Shown: one piece after another, positions 61,404-64,000 of the stretch | How the letters are laid out: each line of letters opens with the position of its first letter | Position numbering within the stretch: position 1 is the stretch's first letter | Assembly (NCBI GenBank): GCA_023920165.1 | Contig: CP089277.1 | Span: 1,364,001 to 1,428,000 of the forward strand | Origin: Curvularia clavata | Taxonomy: Eukaryota | DNA: 64,000 bases | Direction: 5' to 3' | The notes under the pieces: generated by a model | Told to the model about the DNA's origin: nothing | Database searches by the model: none | Seen by the model: the letters and a program-made list of their open reading frames with translations, nothing else | Made by a program: the position numbers and the translations under genes

Positions 61404-62043
61404 CTTCTTTTTTGCTCCCGAACAACCATGGTGGATGTTCGTATGCGTTTTTTTCCACCATCTTTGTTCATCCGACAATTTGTCCGAACATGATATGGGT
61501 TTCGGCACCCTGGTGAATCGAAAAGATTGGTACATATAGTGCGATGACGTGAAGTTAATCCAGCTTCATATCGTGTCTCCCGGATATGGTTTGATATAAA
61601 CGTTAATGACTTTACGTGCTTAGAAACACCTACGAGTGAGAAAGCTACTTGAGTGTATAGTCATCTTTCCCTTGGTTGTGTCTTTGAGTAAAGTATGTCC
61701 AAGTCAACATACAATAGTCTCACAATGGGGTTATAGAGAAACTCAAGATATGCATTAGCGACCGCATACTGTCTCCAGTCGAGGATCAATGGCTAACAAA
61801 CATTGTCAACCAAATAGAAGCGTATATAATCAATGTATTTCAACCAAATTCGATTGGACTTGAAATCGACGAGGCAATGATTTTGTTCAGCTTCAATGCC
61901 CAGCTCTCCAGCCTCGGCCCAAGCTCGAGCTGTGGAACCACACCTCAGGTTACCTCACCCGTCAACTTCCGTCTCAATTCCCACGCCACTCGAGCTCACC
62001 AATTCACTCTCAACCAAAGATTTCAGAAATCCGCCTTAATAAG

Positions 62044-62481
62044 ATGCCTCCCTTCTGGACCATCGGCTGTCTGTATGGCGCATCGAGTGTTATGCTTGGC
62101 GCATTCGGAGCTCACGGCTTGAAGAAGCGAATTGCGGATCCTGCGCGCATTGCGAACTGGGGGACTGCAGCCCAATACCAGGTACGTTTATTACTACATC
62201 CCTCTATGGGATTGAATATTTCTGTTGTTAATGTCCACCAGCTCGTTCACTCGGCTGTGCTGACATTCGCATCCGTCGTCGCACCGCAAAACACAGTCGC
62301 TATGAGTCTGCTCACCGCAGGCATGACTATGTTCTCCGGCTCTCTGTACCTACTTGTCCTGGATCCTCAGCGTTTTGGGAAGTTCATGGGTCCAGTGACC
62401 CCCATCGGAGGGATGTGCTTGATTGGAGGGTGGGTTGCACTGGCGCTCACGAAGAGGCCTGTTGTTCCCAAGTTCAGGTAA
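62044..62481 (+). CDS. DUF423/TMEM256 small membrane protein (~125 aa)
   Basis: LGAFGAHGL, WGTAAQYQ|LVHS, MFSGSLY and GPVTPIGG. Intron 62182..62241. Confidence 0.92.
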   Translation: MPPFWTIGCLYGASSVMLGAFGAHGLKKRIADPARIANWGTAAQYQVRLLLHPSMGLNISVVNVHQLVHSAVLTFASVVAPQNTVAMSLLTAGMTMFSGSLYLLVLDPQRFGKFMGPVTPIGGMCLIGGWVALALTKRPVVPKFR

Positions 62482-62569
62482 ACTGTCAAACTCTGGACAA
62501 GCGATGAATGGACGTGTATCGATTAAATGTAAAATTGGGCATCATGCAGGGATTATATGTTACAGATAT

Positions 62570-63490
62570 CTATACGAGTGCAATGCCAGTCAAATCTCCC
62601 AGCTCAGGAAACAAGACCCTTTTTTTCCGTGTTTGCAGATCAACTGCATACACTCCGCCCGCGAGGTCACTCACATATGCGGTCCTATTCTCCAGGTCCA
62701 ACGCAAGTCCAATTGTCTCATGAAACCGGCTTGCGAGAATCTCAACCTCTCCCACTGGCTCCTCGCCACCTCCAACAAACGCCCTGTTCAACGTGTTGCC
62801 CTTGGGAGGATCTCCACGGTCTGTCCAGTACAGCACCGCCTTCTCTTCATCCAACTCGAGGTCGATCGGCTCAGGTAGTTTGTCAAAAACTTTCTCACGC
62901 ACTTCTGCGTTATCAATGCGCGCGCGATAAATGGTGCCAGCATTTCCTTTGGATGCACCTTTTTGTGTCCAGTAAAACCAGCCTCTGCGCTCATCGACCG
63001 CAATTCCAACACACCAATTCCGTGTATCTGCCGCATCCTCCGCGTTTTGTGGGTCACCGGTAGATACAAGCACCTCAGGCTCCTCTGTTTCGAGCGGCAT
63101 GCGCATGACCTTCATGCCTTCACGGTCGCACCAGTAGAGAGTGCGGCTCTCCCTTGCAAGGGTGATCTGCTTCGGTGTCCAGACACCCTTCGTGCCGGTA
63201 GGCACAACTGTGCGACGGTTGGAGCCATCGAGTGAAGCAGTCTCAATACTGCCCGTGTTGGTAGAGAGTGTAGTGCCCATGTTCGTCCACCACATAATAT
63301 TGCTACTGTGATCGACTGTCATGCCATCTGGCAATGTGGGGACTGATATGACGGGTTGCAGATCGCTACCATCTGTATTACACGATACTATGCGACCGCC
63401 TGTATGGTTGGGCGAGGAGAGTGATGCATCGAGGATATAGAGACGTTGTTTCGAGGCTGCCCTCGGAGGTAGCTCAGTGACTGAGGGCAT
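62570..63490 (-). CDS. YWTD-type (LDL-receptor class B-like) six-bladed beta-propeller protein (306 aa)
   Basis: Repeats PDGMTVD..MWWTN, PKQITL..LYWCD, GIAVD..FYWTQ, PIDLELD..LYWTD and IGLALD..AYVSD. No signal peptide. Confidence 0.85.
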   Translation of the reverse strand: MPSVTELPPRAASKQRLYILDASLSSPNHTGGRIVSCNTDGSDLQPVISVPTLPDGMTVDHSSNIMWWTNMGTTLSTNTGSIETASLDGSNRRTVVPTGTKGVWTPKQITLARESRTLYWCDREGMKVMRMPLETEEPEVLVSTGDPQNAEDAADTRNWCVGIAVDERRGWFYWTQKGASKGNAGTIYRARIDNAEVREKVFDKLPEPIDLELDEEKAVLYWTDRGDPPKGNTLNRAFVGGGEEPVGEVEILASRFHETIGLALDLENRTAYVSDLAGGVYAVDLQTRKKRVLFPELGDLTGIALV

Positions 63491-64000
63491 GGCGTGTGAC
63501 GTGGAATACGTCCAATCTGATGAAATATGATACGATTGATGTAGTAAGGAATTGATTTAATGTCTAAGGAGATAGTTATAATGTGTGAAGTTTTGTCAGA
63601 TATGTATCAAGCCATTAGTCCCAAACCACCAGCCTGCTACATACATATACACATACTTACGCCGACCACGGTTGCCCCCGTCATCACTATGAGCTACTCG
63701 GCGCAAACTCGGATCCACAGTATGCCATAATTCCCCGTAAAGGACTTCTCACCTCCATTCCACTTTTTGCGCACGTCCGAATTAACGCGTCGCACGTTTG
63801 CAAGGTCGGGTTTGCTGGGTAGCTCGGCCGAGCCGATGCCATCACCACCACTAAGTTTACCACGCCGCAATTGCTCGAAATAGAGGCTGTCATCTCTTTC
63901 CAGTAACTAAAGAAACTTTAGCACCTTGAGAAAATCTTTTTGCAACGTGGTATGCATATGGGTTCAGGATGTAAGGCCGGGGAGTTAGCCACACTGCATG

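Overview
Gene-dense, intron-containing eukaryotic DNA from a filamentous ascomycete. Pezizomycotina is inferred from the short GT-AG introns with CTRAC branch points and from the gene families present. I rebuilt 25 protein-coding genes by hand from the ORF track and splice signals, and found one intron-containing tRNA-Arg(ACG). Most genes are housekeeping: Ark1/Prk1-type kinase (partial), GRR1, SEA4/MIOS, EFG1, GH47 mannosidase, AP-1 gamma adaptin, sterol acyltransferase, RPC11, SF3B5, UTP15, MRPL22, PRP24, ferric reductase, Nudix hydrolase and DUF423. I see no transposon, CRISPR array, rRNA or biosynthetic backbone gene. The best leads are: (1) an accessory block at 21.6-30.3 kb with an FSH1/LovG-like esterase, a family III CoA-transferase and a divergent Zn2Cys6 factor whose zinc cluster is split over small exons by a 372-nt GC-AG intron; (2) a Prp24 gene with an N-terminal extension carrying corepressor-like short motifs; (3) a hairpin-rich stretch at 58.2-59.6 kb with no convincing gene; (4) a homeodomain factor with a duplicated Cys/His module; (5) a 986-aa unknown protein with cell-cycle signatures. 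Family assignments come from motif recognition only. No searches were run.
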